44,028 nt of DNA. Origin: Candidatus Zixiibacteriota bacterium (GTDB lineage Bacteria; Zixibacteria; MSB-5A5; WJJR01). The notes beneath the pieces were generated by a model. That model saw only the letters and a list, made by a program, of their open reading frames with translations, was not told where the DNA came from and ran no database searches. The stretch spans positions 1 through 44,028 of the forward strand of contig JAVHPP010000063.1 of NCBI GenBank assembly GCA_036170655.1, in the 5' to 3' direction. The stretch's first letter is position 1; the number at the start of each line of letters is the position of its first letter. Below, piece by piece: positions 8,442-18,247 of the stretch. Both the position numbers and the translations under genes were made by a program.

Positions 8442-9665
8442 ATGAACAGAATGTCTCTTGGCATTGTTGGTAGTTCGCTGGCGTTCGCAGCGTTTTTCAC
8501 AGGTTGCGGTACCGACTCAACAGGGCCGGCGGAGCAGGATTTGCGGATACGTTTTGGTCTGGAGACGCTCCCGCCGGTGCATCATCCCGCCGACAATCCG
8601 GCGCTGCCGGACCGCATCGCGCTGGGACGTCTGTTGTTCTTCGACCCGATTCTATCCGGGCCCAAGGACGTGGCCTGTGCGACCTGTCATCACCCAAACT
8701 TTGCCTGGGCCGACAGCCGCCAATTGGCCGTTGGTGTTTCCGGAGTTGGTCTGGGGCCTGAACGTGCTTTGCTGGATCCCAACTTCAACTTGGTACCGCG
8801 CAATTCTCCGACCATTCTGAACACGGCGTTCAACGGTCTGACGTCACACGGCATGGACTACGATCCTGCCGAGGCATTCATGTTCTGGGATGGCCGGGTC
8901 AAGAATCTTGAGACCCAGGCCACAAAGCCGATCGCGAGCCGGGTCGAGATGCGGGGTGATGCCTACGCCGAGGTCGACGCTTTCGACAGCGTGCTGGCCC
9001 GTCTGCGTTCGATTCCCAAGTACGAGAGTCTGTTCCGTGCCGCCTTCATCGCGGAAGGCGATTCCGTGAATGCCGGACTGATCCCATCAGCCATCAACGC
9101 GTCGACCTACGGGCGGGCGATTGCGGTGTTCGAGCGCGCGATCGCGGGAGCCAATTCGCCGTACGACCGTTATGTCAATGGCGACGACAAAGCGCTCTCT
9201 GAGTCGCAGAAGCGCGGACTGGAGTTGTTCTTCACCAAGGGCAATTGTATCGCATGCCACGGTGGTCCCATGCTTTCGGACTACACGTTCCGTTGCCAAG
9301 GGGTTCTCCAGTTCGGTCCGGGGAAGTCAGTTCCCGGGAAGGATTTCGGACGGTGGGAGAAAACGCAAGACGAGGCCGATCGCTGGGCTTTCCGCACGCC
9401 CACGTTGCGCAATGTCGAGTTGACCGCTCCCTACATGCATGATGGAGCATTGGCGACGCTGGAAGATGTCGTCGAATTCTACGACCGCGGCTGTGGTGAC
9501 GATCCCACCATTCCGCTGTCCAGAATGGATCCGGCGCTTTTCAAACTGCATCTCACCGCGCAGGAGAAGGCGGATTTGGTGGCCTTCATGAAAGCGCTGA
9601 CTGATCCGGGGCCGCAGATATCTGTGCCCGAGTCGGTACCGAGCGGGCTGGCGCCGCCGCGCTAA
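8442..9665 (+). CDS. Di-heme cytochrome c peroxidase/MauG-family lipoprotein
   Basis: LGRLLFFDP, CATCH, RNSPT, FWDGR, CIACH, FRTPTLRNV..TAPYMHDG; lipobox FFTGC; GGAGG RBS before ATG 8442. Confidence 0.9.
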   Translation: MNRMSLGIVGSSLAFAAFFTGCGTDSTGPAEQDLRIRFGLETLPPVHHPADNPALPDRIALGRLLFFDPILSGPKDVACATCHHPNFAWADSRQLAVGVSGVGLGPERALLDPNFNLVPRNSPTILNTAFNGLTSHGMDYDPAEAFMFWDGRVKNLETQATKPIASRVEMRGDAYAEVDAFDSVLARLRSIPKYESLFRAAFIAEGDSVNAGLIPSAINASTYGRAIAVFERAIAGANSPYDRYVNGDDKALSESQKRGLELFFTKGNCIACHGGPMLSDYTFRCQGVLQFGPGKSVPGKDFGRWEKTQDEADRWAFRTPTLRNVELTAPYMHDGALATLEDVVEFYDRGCGDDPTIPLSRMDPALFKLHLTAQEKADLVAFMKALTDPGPQISVPESVPSGLAPPR

Positions 9666-9701
9666 ACGATTCACCATCACCGGTGGTCTTCTCGCCTGCG
9701 T

Positions 9702-10811
9702 TCAGTGCATGAAGGCGAAGATCGGTGAATCCATCAGGCGGGAGGCGGCCGCCTTCTCTGACTCGTCACGGACGATAATCCGCATCGCCTCTCGTGGGAT
9801 GCTTCCCAGATTGACATCACCGGCAGATCGCCATTCACGTTCGGCGGGCCAGATCGGATCATTCTTGCCGATGCTATGGGTGAATGGCCGGTCTTCTCCG
9901 GGAACCTTATCCCATCCTTCCGCGGGCACGTAGCGAACCGGGCGAATTCCCCTGGGCTCTGCCCAGTCCCGATGGATGGCGATGCCGTACGGCTCGAATG
10001 CCCAGCGAGTCCAACGGGACCGCCAGCGCATCAACGGGATCGACTCAGTGGGCGACAACCCGGTAAAGGCAACCATCGGGCAATTGCTGCCGATCTTCCA
10101 CGATGATGCCCTGATCAGACGTTCCTCAAGGATGCGCAGTAGTGTTCGGCGGCCCGACCGGCAATACTCATCGGGCCACACCATTAAGTCAGTGAAGAAT
10201 TGCGCCATCGTCTCGCCGGGCCACGGGCCGTGGCGGGCGCGTGTCCAGTGAATCAGCCAGCCGGAATCCCAATTGTGAACCGTTTCATTCATCCGTTCGT
10301 GGATGATGGGGATTTCGAGTTGGTGAGACACGGGACGATAGGCGATGGTCTCAAACCGGCGATCGTATTTCGTGTGGAAGTCCCCGCTGGTGATCAGATT
10401 CTCCAGCGCCCCGTGGCGACGGGTACTGACTGGGAAAGCGAGGTCAGCCAGCTCAAGCACCTTACGGTCGCGTTTCGGCCACCACGTTTTAGTTTTGGCT
10501 GCGGACGGGGGAAGATCGATGAAATGCCAGCGGACCTGGTCTGGATTGAGATCAAGATCCCGGATGATCTTTGCTTTAATCTCGTCGCCGCTCGTCCCCG
10601 TTGCTCTGGAGACGACCAGATCGAGATGAACTTTGTAGGGCCCGGCCAACCATGTGACAAAGTCCCAGGTCAGCAGTCCGACGCTGGAGACGATATCCCA
10701 TCCGTTGCCTTTTGCCACGTGGCTGACGGCGGCAACTGTGTTCAACAACCAGTCGTCTTTGCCGATGGGGGTCTTGCTCTGACGTGAATTGAGAATGGCG
10801 ACGCGGGTCAT
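9702..10811 (-). CDS. Two-domain protein: SLOG/DprA-like N-terminus plus AbiGi/ADP-ribosyltransferase-like C-terminus
   Basis: N-term RVAILNSR...RDRKVLELADLAFPVS..G; C-term LIHWTR...LLRIL...VAFT...EPYGIAI..W....GIRPVRY...EREWR. Start set at ATG 10811 to avoid overlap with the USP gene. Confidence 0.55.
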   Translation of the reverse strand: MTRVAILNSRQSKTPIGKDDWLLNTVAAVSHVAKGNGWDIVSSVGLLTWDFVTWLAGPYKVHLDLVVSRATGTSGDEIKAKIIRDLDLNPDQVRWHFIDLPPSAAKTKTWWPKRDRKVLELADLAFPVSTRRHGALENLITSGDFHTKYDRRFETIAYRPVSHQLEIPIIHERMNETVHNWDSGWLIHWTRARHGPWPGETMAQFFTDLMVWPDEYCRSGRRTLLRILEERLIRASSWKIGSNCPMVAFTGLSPTESIPLMRWRSRWTRWAFEPYGIAIHRDWAEPRGIRPVRYVPAEGWDKVPGEDRPFTHSIGKNDPIWPAEREWRSAGDVNLGSIPREAMRIIVRDESEKAAASRLMDSPIFAFMH

Positions 10812-10840
10812 ACCGGCATTTTCCCGTGCGCAGCGTCGTC

Positions 10841-11269
10841 TCATTCCGCCGGGGTGGCTCTTATCAGCAACACCGGGATACGCGCACGATGGCGGATGTT
10901 GGCGGCCACGCTGCCGAAGAGGAGATCGCTGAGGAAGCGGTGCCCGTGCGTCGCCATCGCGATCAAGTCGCATTGCTCGCGCTCAGCCGCGGCCAGCACT
11001 TCCGCTGCCGGGTCGCCGGTGGCCAGAATCGACCGGACCTCGAACCCGTCGGCGCGCAAAGCCCCCTCGCACAGCGCGAGGTACTCGCGGTCCTGGCGCA
11101 TCTCGTCGGACTCGCCGAAACGGCTCTGATTACGCGCGAGAAATCCGTCGGCGACATGGATGATTGTCAGCCGTGCCTGACACAGCCGTGCCAGAGGACG
11201 GATGTGTCCGAGGATGGCCTGGTCCGCTTTCGTGTTCTCCAGCGGGATGAGGATGTGCTGGTACATCAT
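10841..11269 (-). CDS. Universal stress protein
   Basis: MYQHILIPL...GDPAAEVL...DLIAMATHGH...LFGSVA..I...RIPVLLI. Confidence 0.9.
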   Translation of the reverse strand: MMYQHILIPLENTKADQAILGHIRPLARLCQARLTIIHVADGFLARNQSRFGESDEMRQDREYLALCEGALRADGFEVRSILATGDPAAEVLAAAEREQCDLIAMATHGHRFLSDLLFGSVAANIRHRARIPVLLIRATPAE

Positions 11270-11298
11270 GGTCCCCCTGTGTCCCGCGACAGGCAAAG

Positions 11299-12639
11299 TC
11301 ACCCGCGAAACATCTGTACCAGCATAAATACGTTAAGAAGTATGATGATTATGGTCACAATCCAGGCGGAGACCTGAAGCCAGCGGGAATTGGCGAATTG
11401 CCCCATCTTTTCCCTGTCGCTCGTAAACAGGACGAGAGGCACGACCGCGAAACTCAACTGGAGCGAGAGGATCACCTGGCTGAAGATCAATAATTCCCCT
11501 ACCCCCTGTTCTCCTCTGAGGGAAGCCACAATCACCGCCGGAACAATGGCCAGCAACCGGGTCATCAACCGCCGGAGCCAGGGACGGACTCGGATGTTCA
11601 GAAACCCCTCCATGACGATCTGGCCGGCCATGGTGCCGGTGAGGGTCGAGTTCTGGCCCGATGCCAGGAGCGCGACCGCGAAGAGGACGCTGGCCAGGAC
11701 AACCCCCAAGGTTGGTGTCAGCAGATGGTAGGCGTCGGCGATGTCGGCAACATCCTGGTGGCCGGTTCCATGGAACGCGGCCGCGCTGAGAATCAGTATC
11801 GCTGCATTGATGAAGAAGGCGAGGAAGAGTGCGACGGTGGAGTCAATCGTGGCAAACCGGATGGCCATGGCTTTGCCGGAATCGGTGCGCGCGTAGGCGC
11901 GTGTTTGCACAATGCTCGAATGGAGATACAGGTTGTGCGGCATCACGGTTGCCCCAAGAATACCGATGGCGATGTACAGCATGTCCGGGTTTACGACGAT
12001 TTGCGGCGACGGGATCATCCCGCCGAGAATCGCGCTGAATGATGGTTCCGATATGATCAACTCATAGGCAAAGGATCCGCCGATGACTGCGATCAATCCG
12101 GCGACCAGCGACTCGACCAGGCGAAATCCCCGGTACTGCAGGAAGAGGACAAGGAGCACGTCCGCGGCGGTGATGACCACGCCGGCCACGAGCGGAATCC
12201 CGAACAGGAGGTTGAGCGCAATGGCCGAGCCAATGACCTCGGCGAGGTCGCAGGCGGCAATGGCGATCTCGCAGAGGATCCACAGGAAGAGGGTAACACC
12301 GGGAGAATAATGGTCATGGCACGCCTGGGCGAGATCACGCCCTGAGACAATGCCCAGTTTGAGCGCCAGATGCTGCAGGATGATCGCCATCAGGTTGGAC
12401 AGCAGGACTACCGAAAGCAGCGTGTAGCCGAAGCGCGCGCCGCCGGCCAGATCGGTGGCCCAGTTCCCGGGGTCCATATAGCCGACGGCCACCATCAGCC
12501 CCGGCCCGGTGAAGGCCCAGAGTCTTCTCCAGAAGGAGGCGCCCGGTGCGACAGGCACTGACGCGTGTACCTCTGGCATCGACGGAGCCCCGCGTGCCCT
12601 CCGCCAACCGCGTGTTGGCGCTTGTTCCGGCATAGTCAT
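11299..12639 (-). CDS. mntH: Nramp-family Mn2+/divalent metal transporter
   Basis: [51 protein letters not shown]; start at 12639 or 12633. Confidence 0.95.
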   Translation of the reverse strand: MTMPEQAPTRGWRRARGAPSMPEVHASVPVAPGASFWRRLWAFTGPGLMVAVGYMDPGNWATDLAGGARFGYTLLSVVLLSNLMAIILQHLALKLGIVSGRDLAQACHDHYSPGVTLFLWILCEIAIAACDLAEVIGSAIALNLLFGIPLVAGVVITAADVLLVLFLQYRGFRLVESLVAGLIAVIGGSFAYELIISEPSFSAILGGMIPSPQIVVNPDMLYIAIGILGATVMPHNLYLHSSIVQTRAYARTDSGKAMAIRFATIDSTVALFLAFFINAAILILSAAAFHGTGHQDVADIADAYHLLTPTLGVVLASVLFAVALLASGQNSTLTGTMAGQIVMEGFLNIRVRPWLRRLMTRLLAIVPAVIVASLRGEQGVGELLIFSQVILSLQLSFAVVPLVLFTSDREKMGQFANSRWLQVSAWIVTIIIILLNVFMLVQMFRG

Positions 12640-12646
12640 TCTGTCG

Positions 12647-13129
12647 TCACCGGCGCCATCCCACGCCCTTCCCGGTTGACAGGAATCGGAAGTCCGTGTG
12701 GGTGGTAGATGCCCTGCGTGCAAACCCCATGATTACCTTTCGTGCGGATGGATCGAGACGATCCACGTACTCGAGGAAATCATGCAACCGCTGGGCCGCC
12801 AAAGGCGAGAGTCCGTGCTCAACTTTGCAGGCGTCTGTCTCCGCCTGCCTGCGTGTGAGGCCGAGGACGCGGACCAGAAAGTCGACCGTATCGGCATGGC
12901 GATGGGCGATGTTCTCGGCGGTCGCCCGTCCCTTGCCAGTCAGGCCGATCAGGCCGCGTGTTTCATGCCGGACCAGGCCCATGGCCGCCATTTTCCGCAC
13001 CGAGCGCGAGACCGTGGGTAGGCGGCAGCCAAGTGCGAAGGCGATGTCGGTTGTCCTGGCGCCTCCGCCCGCAGCGCCCAGCCGGTAGATCACTTCGAGA
13101 TAATCTTCCTGGACGGGGGTGGCGCGCAT
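12647..13129 (-). CDS. mntR: DtxR/MntR-family metal-dependent repressor
   Basis: EDYLEVIY...ARTTDIA....PTVS...LT..G...A....HRH...FL..VLG......DACKVEH; directly upstream of mntH. Confidence 0.85.
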   Translation of the reverse strand: MRATPVQEDYLEVIYRLGAAGGGARTTDIAFALGCRLPTVSRSVRKMAAMGLVRHETRGLIGLTGKGRATAENIAHRHADTVDFLVRVLGLTRRQAETDACKVEHGLSPLAAQRLHDFLEYVDRLDPSARKVIMGFARRASTTHTDFRFLSTGKGVGWRR

Positions 13130-13132
13130 CTG

Positions 13133-13162
13133 GTTACCTTGAGGTAATTACCTTCGGGTAAC
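13133..13162. promoter_or_regulatory. Double palindromic operator upstream of mntR
   Basis: TTACC-TTGA-GGTAA (13134-13147) abutting TTACC-TTCG-GGTAA (13148-13161), between a minus-strand -10-like TATAAG and the ATG. Confidence 0.7.
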
Positions 13163-13313
13163 TTATACTATGCCCGCAGGCGATTTGTTTGGGGGCGTTT
13201 TGCCTGTAATGAATCTTGCCGGAGCGGCGGGCGCGGTGTCATGCGGTACGCAGGCAGGGTGGCATGACGTGAGGCAGAAGATCAGGGTTGCATCGGAAGA
13301 TGTTGTATCTTAA

Positions 13314-13327
13314 ATTGCAATTGCAAT
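13314..13327. promoter_or_regulatory. 14-bp palindrome upstream of the DoxX gene
   Basis: ATTGCAATTGCAAT in an AT-rich promoter-like patch. Confidence 0.45.
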
Positions 13328-13356
13328 GAACACGTCTCCCCTGAGGGCATAGAACA

Positions 13357-13803
13357 ATGAGTCGAATAACACCATTTCTTTTCCCGTTGCCTCCATCAGG
13401 GCGTCTCGGTGTGACATTACTGTTCCTGCGCGTGGTCGCGGGTGCGGCGTTCATGATCCATGGGTGGCCGAAGATTCAGAATCCGCTCGAATGGATGGGC
13501 GCTGATTCGCCGATGCCATCTTTCCTGCAACTCCTGGCTGCGCTGTCGGAATTCGGTGGCGGACTGGCGTGGATGCTGGGCTTGGTCACGCCATTGGCCT
13601 CAGCCGGCATTCTCTGCACGATGGCCGTTGCCGTGTGGACCCATGGAGTCGTTCGTGGAGATCCCTTTGTCGGCAAGGGTCCGACGTACGAGATTGCCTT
13701 AGTCTACGCCGCGATCGCCCTCCTGTTGATGCTGTGCGGGCCCGGACAGATTTCGTTGGACGCGGTCATGTCGAGACGACTGGCGCGGGCCCAACGAGAG
13801 TAG
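13357..13803 (+). CDS. DoxX-family membrane protein
   Basis: LLFLRVVAGAAFMIHGWPK...EFGGGL...LG..T.LA...GPGQISLD. Confidence 0.9.
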   Translation: MSRITPFLFPLPPSGRLGVTLLFLRVVAGAAFMIHGWPKIQNPLEWMGADSPMPSFLQLLAALSEFGGGLAWMLGLVTPLASAGILCTMAVAVWTHGVVRGDPFVGKGPTYEIALVYAAIALLLMLCGPGQISLDAVMSRRLARAQRE

Positions 13804-13833
13804 CAAGTACACACTGTGCGGTCTGCGCGCTGG

Positions 13834-14601
13834 CTACGCTGCGGGTGTCTTGATTCGTCCGAGCAGCCGGAGCAATCCGTCCAAAACGGTGAGGGGATGC
13901 GGAGGACAACCGGGAATATAGAGATCGACGGGGATTCCTGACGGGATCCCATCGCCAGCCATTCCGGCGCCCGCCACTGGTCCTCCGCTGATCGCGCAGG
14001 CGCCGACCGCGATGACCAGACGCGGCGAAGGGATCGCGGCGTAGGTCTCCATCAAGGCGTGGCGCATGTTGTTCGTCACCGGACCGGTGATGACGAGCCC
14101 GTCGGCGTGCCTCGGCGACGCGACGAACTGAATGCCAAACCGGGCGAGATCGAAGACGACATTTCCGAGAGCGATCAACTCCGCCTCGCAGCCACTACAC
14201 CCGCCGGCAGAGACTTGCCGGAGTTTCAATGAACGGCCATAAAGCCGTCGCATACTCTGATTCAATGCGGCCGCCAGTTTCCTTTCTTGTTCTGAACTGA
14301 GAATCAGATCTGTCCGATTGTTTGCCGCCAGCCGGTAATCGGGGCCGAATTGAATGGCCTCTTGCGGGCATGCCTCCGCACAAATGGGACAGAAAAGGCA
14401 CTTCCCCAAGTCGATGCGAAACGGGGATAGCATGATGGCCGAAGTTGGGCAAGCCGCAGCGCACTCCTGACAACCGGCGGTGCATCGCGAGGCGTCAAGC
14501 GTGGGGACGCCACGAAATCGATCAGGGAGACAGGGCGGCTGACCGGGGAAGTCGTTCGTCCGGTGCCCCTGCCCGAGTCTTACCTTCAGTGTTTCAAACA
14601 T
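13834..14601 (-). CDS. Ehr/Hyf small subunit: 2x[4Fe-4S] ferredoxin fused to NuoB/HyfI-like domain
   Basis: CTAGCQECAAACP, CLFCPICAEACP, GGCSGCE, SPRHADG, GACA, PGCPP. Confidence 0.9.
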   Translation of the reverse strand: MFETLKVRLGQGHRTNDFPGQPPCLPDRFRGVPTLDASRCTAGCQECAAACPTSAIMLSPFRIDLGKCLFCPICAEACPQEAIQFGPDYRLAANNRTDLILSSEQERKLAAALNQSMRRLYGRSLKLRQVSAGGCSGCEAELIALGNVVFDLARFGIQFVASPRHADGLVITGPVTNNMRHALMETYAAIPSPRLVIAVGACAISGGPVAGAGMAGDGIPSGIPVDLYIPGCPPHPLTVLDGLLRLLGRIKTPAA

Positions 14602-14610
14602 ACGGTATCC

Positions 14611-16149
14611 TCAGAGATCATGCCCGGCATACGAGAGATTGAAACTCTTGTTGCAGAGGGGAAAATCCGAAATCTGGTTCCCGCGCATCGCGATCGCCAG
14701 CCCCATCCAGTTGTGGAACGACGGATCAACGACTTTATATCCGCGCAATTGTCCCGTCTCATCGGTCACAGCCATGTGGACGATCTCCCCGCGCCAACCC
14801 TCCACCATTGCGATCGATAACGACCTCGGCGCCATCCCTGGTGTCTCCACTGAGCGTAGTGGACCATCGGGGAGTCCCTGGAGTTGTTCTCGAACAAAAG
14901 TGAGCGACCGTTGGCACTCGAGCCACCGAATGAGCGCGCGGCAGAGGACGTCGCCATCCTCCGTCAAAGACACTGGGATCTGCGCAAATCGGTACACCCC
15001 GTGCGGATGATCACGTCGCACATCCCGGTCACAGCCGCTCGCTCGTGCGGCAGGGCCAACCAGACCAAGATCTTCGGCCAATTCCCGCGTGACAATCCCC
15101 GTGTGTTCAAAGCGGGCCAGCACCGACGATGCGTCGAACACAAGATCGGCGACCTCTTTGAGGTCGTGTTCCGCCCGGTCCAGCCGCAGGAGGATGCTGG
15201 TGCGCATCTCGTCGGGCAGATCGAAGCGGATCCCGCCGGGAACGATCATCCCGCGGCCATAACGATTGCCGGAGATCTCCAGGAGCAGATTGAGAAACTC
15301 GCCGCGCAGACGTCCGAAGTACGATGCTCCCGGCAGGTAACCAATATCGCCGCAGAGTCCGCCCAGATCACCGACATGATTGGACAGGCGCTCGATTTCC
15401 AGAACTACGCCGCGGAGAACTTGAGCGCGAAGCGAGACCTCCATATCGGCCAGCCTCTCCATGGCGATGCAATAGGCCAAGGCATGCCCGACTGCCGTGT
15501 CCCCCGCGATCGATTCCGCTGCCACCAGCCGCTTTGCGGGGATCGGTGACAGGAGCAGCCGTTCGATGCCACGATGTTGGTATCCAAGCTGGATCTCCAG
15601 ATTGAGGACGACCTCACCCTGGCATTGAAAACGAAAATGTCCCGGCTCGATGATTCCTGCGTGAACCGGCCCCACGGCGACTTCATGCACCCCAGACCCG
15701 CTGACCGAGAAGAAGGGATAGTCCCCAGCCAAAGGGCGGTCCGGCGTGTCCGCAGTCGTCTCAAGATCTGCATGCCGGCGGAGCGGCTTCAGCCAGGGAT
15801 GCCCCTCAGGACGAATACCATGCTCTTCGAAGATCTCCCTCTCGAATGCCTGCGCCTGCGGCAGCGAAGCAGTCATCGCGGGATAATTTTCTCCGGCGCG
15901 CAGGGACGTGCCCAAAAGGATCAGCCGTCCTGCTGGATCATCGGAGAGAAGAGCGAAAAGGTCGTTTCCTCCGTGCTGTGCCGGGACAGCGAGCATGCCG
16001 CTGATCCGTGCCCCCTGTCGGCAAGCGGCGATGCACCGCGCGGAAAAGGCATCGGGGGCAAGCGGAGTGACACCGTCGATGTGCACTCCGTTAGCGACAC
16101 ACGACGTGAATTGATGCATGTTTCCCGGTGTGAAAGTGTTCGCGGACAT
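14611..16149 (-). CDS. Ehr/HyfG-like large subunit (NuoC+NuoD fold) lacking Ni-Fe ligands
   Basis: FEREIFE.HG....GHP, VGPVHAGIIEPGHFRF, GYQHRGIE, VEGWRGE; the L1 site reads ESIAGD and the C-terminus NKSFNLSYAGHDL, with no CxxC. Confidence 0.9.
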   Translation of the reverse strand: MSANTFTPGNMHQFTSCVANGVHIDGVTPLAPDAFSARCIAACRQGARISGMLAVPAQHGGNDLFALLSDDPAGRLILLGTSLRAGENYPAMTASLPQAQAFEREIFEEHGIRPEGHPWLKPLRRHADLETTADTPDRPLAGDYPFFSVSGSGVHEVAVGPVHAGIIEPGHFRFQCQGEVVLNLEIQLGYQHRGIERLLLSPIPAKRLVAAESIAGDTAVGHALAYCIAMERLADMEVSLRAQVLRGVVLEIERLSNHVGDLGGLCGDIGYLPGASYFGRLRGEFLNLLLEISGNRYGRGMIVPGGIRFDLPDEMRTSILLRLDRAEHDLKEVADLVFDASSVLARFEHTGIVTRELAEDLGLVGPAARASGCDRDVRRDHPHGVYRFAQIPVSLTEDGDVLCRALIRWLECQRSLTFVREQLQGLPDGPLRSVETPGMAPRSLSIAMVEGWRGEIVHMAVTDETGQLRGYKVVDPSFHNWMGLAIAMRGNQISDFPLCNKSFNLSYAGHDL

Positions 16150-16151
16150 CT

Positions 16152-17597
16152 TTATCCTCCGAGGAGCATCACAGTCCGGCTCAAGAGATCGTCCAGCGCG
16201 GCGGGAACATACATGCCGAGAATCAAAATCATCACGATGAGAACAAACGGGGGTGCGATGGAAAGCGTGGCCTCTTTGCGCGGCGGCGACACCGCGTTAG
16301 CCGGCGTTCCTTGGGCCATAGGAAGGATGACGCCCGCCATGCCAAGGGAGGCGACCGCCAGCAGTGCGAGGAACAGGGCCCCCAGCCAAAGCTGCCCCCC
16401 CCTGATGGTGGCGCTAAAAATTGTGAATTCGCTGACAAACGGCCCGAACGGTGGAGTCCCTCCGATGGCGAGGAAGGCCACCACTAGCATTGTCCCGGTC
16501 ATGGGGGAATGGCGCACCAATCCCCGCACATTTTGTGCTGACGTCGTCCCGAAGGCGTGCAGCACGTTGCCCGCCAGCATGAAGAGGCCGGCTTTGCAGA
16601 GCGAGTGATTGACCGCGTGGAGCATGGCGCCGTAAATCGCGGAACCTCCGAGCCCGATCCCAATCGCGATAATCCCCATATTTTCCACGCTGGAATAGGC
16701 GAGCAAACGCTTGTAGTCTTTCTGACCGACCAGGAAAGCGGCTGCCACCCCGATGGACACAAAGCCCATGACGAGGAGCATCGAACGGGCGAACGCGCCC
16801 TCCCCCGCCGCGACGCACACTTGATAGAACCTGAGTATGCCCAAGAACGCACAGTTGAGCAGCGCACCCGAGAGGAGAGCCGAGACCGGCGAGGGAGCCT
16901 GGCTATGGGCATCCGGAAGCCACGTATGCAGCGGGGCAAGTCCCATCTTCGTGCCGTACCCGACGAGCGCTAGCAAGAACGCCACATCCACCCATAAACG
17001 CGGCAGCCGTGGACCAGCATTGATGAGTGCGGTCAAGCTCAATCCGGGAGAGTCGGCCGGACTTGCCGAAGCCGCGACACCCAGAAAGAATGTGCCGAGC
17101 AGTGCGACAGCAATACCGACCGAGCAGATCAATAAGTACTTCCATGCCGCTTCCAGTGCGGATCGGCGCCGGTAGAAATAGATCAGAGGGGCGCTAGCCA
17201 GGGTTGTCGCTTCAATGGCCGCCCACATCAGCGCCATGTTCCGGCTGACCGTCACTAGCGTCATCGCCGAAAGAAACCAGAGAAGGTTGGGAACAAACCG
17301 ATAGAGCCCCGAGGGAGCGTCGTGGGTGCCCCGCAACAGATATTGGATACTATAGAATGATACGGCGAAGAAAACAATGCTTGTCAGGGATAGGAACAAA
17401 AGGCCCGCCGCGTCAACGCCCAGGAATGACCCGGAGGACAGGTCACCGGCGCTGAGCCACAGTGAGGTGGTCAAGCCGGCATGGATCACAGCCGACGCCA
17501 GCAGCGCGGTTAGTTGAAACCGCACACGACGGACGAAGAAGGTGATAACACCGGTTGCGGCGGGCAATCCCAGTAGCAGATAGAGACGCATGATCAA
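16152..17597 (-). CDS. HyfF-like proton-translocating membrane subunit
   Basis: WAAIEATTL, EAAWKY, GYGTKMGLAPLHTWLPDAHSQAPSPVSALLSG, KRLLAYSSVENMG. Confidence 0.9.
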   Translation of the reverse strand: MIMRLYLLLGLPAATGVITFFVRRVRFQLTALLASAVIHAGLTTSLWLSAGDLSSGSFLGVDAAGLLFLSLTSIVFFAVSFYSIQYLLRGTHDAPSGLYRFVPNLLWFLSAMTLVTVSRNMALMWAAIEATTLASAPLIYFYRRRSALEAAWKYLLICSVGIAVALLGTFFLGVAASASPADSPGLSLTALINAGPRLPRLWVDVAFLLALVGYGTKMGLAPLHTWLPDAHSQAPSPVSALLSGALLNCAFLGILRFYQVCVAAGEGAFARSMLLVMGFVSIGVAAAFLVGQKDYKRLLAYSSVENMGIIAIGIGLGGSAIYGAMLHAVNHSLCKAGLFMLAGNVLHAFGTTSAQNVRGLVRHSPMTGTMLVVAFLAIGGTPPFGPFVSEFTIFSATIRGGQLWLGALFLALLAVASLGMAGVILPMAQGTPANAVSPPRKEATLSIAPPFVLIVMILILGMYVPAALDDLLSRTVMLLGG

Positions 17598-18247
17598 TCC
17601 CGCAGGCTCGCCAGCGCGTCCGTGTCGATATCGTCGAACTCGCGGCTGATGTGATGAATCGCGATCCCCATGACAAACACGCCGACCAGGAGATCGAGCA
17701 GAACACCCAACTCGATGACAAATGGCAACGCGCGGGCGAGCGTGAGCCCAAAGATAAAGACACCGTTTTCAAGGACGAGATAACCGACCACCTGCGCGAT
17801 GGCCATCTTGCGACCCACCAGCACCAGGAAGCCCATGAGGATGGTCGCCAAAGACGCCGGGACGAGAAGCGGTGATCCGATTGGCACGGGCAGCGGCAGC
17901 CTTTTCCCCATCCAGAAGCCCAGCGCGACCAGGAGCGCTCCCAGCACAACGGAGACATGCAGACTCACAAATGGCTCGGTCTCGCGCCGGACGTTCGCCT
18001 CCCGCATGGCCCGGGCGAGCAGCCAGGGGATCACGCCCGCCTTCAAGACCAGCGTCCCCACACTCATCAGTCCGATGTGAAACCATTGTTCCGCCGTGCT
18101 GTCCGCGTAGATGACCGGCGGCAGGAGTGCGAGCAGCACGCCTTGAAGTGCCGTGGCCCGGATACAGGATCCGAGCCGGCCGGTGGAAATAATATAGAGG
18201 TCAGTGACAATAATCGCCAGGAGCAACAGCGCCGATAGTGATGTCAC
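17594..18247 (-). CDS. HyfE-like membrane subunit
   Basis: Hydrophobic; QVVGYLVLENG, ELGVLLDLLVGV; overlaps both neighbours. Confidence 0.88.
   Translation of the reverse strand: MTSLSALLLLAIIVTDLYIISTGRLGSCIRATALQGVLLALLPPVIYADSTAEQWFHIGLMSVGTLVLKAGVIPWLLARAMREANVRRETEPFVSLHVSVVLGALLVALGFWMGKRLPLPVPIGSPLLVPASLATILMGFLVLVGRKMAIAQVVGYLVLENGVFIFGLTLARALPFVIELGVLLDLLVGVFVMGIAIHHISREFDDIDTDALASLRD

Noticed and set aside
14611..16149. [NiFe]-hydrogenase / formate hydrogenlyase large subunit
   Set aside because: Both Ni-ligating CxxC motifs are absent.
15574..16608. 344-aa + strand ORF and the many other antisense or alternate-frame ORFs
   Set aside because: They lie opposite or inside well-supported genes, lack recognisable motifs and are expected in GC-rich DNA.
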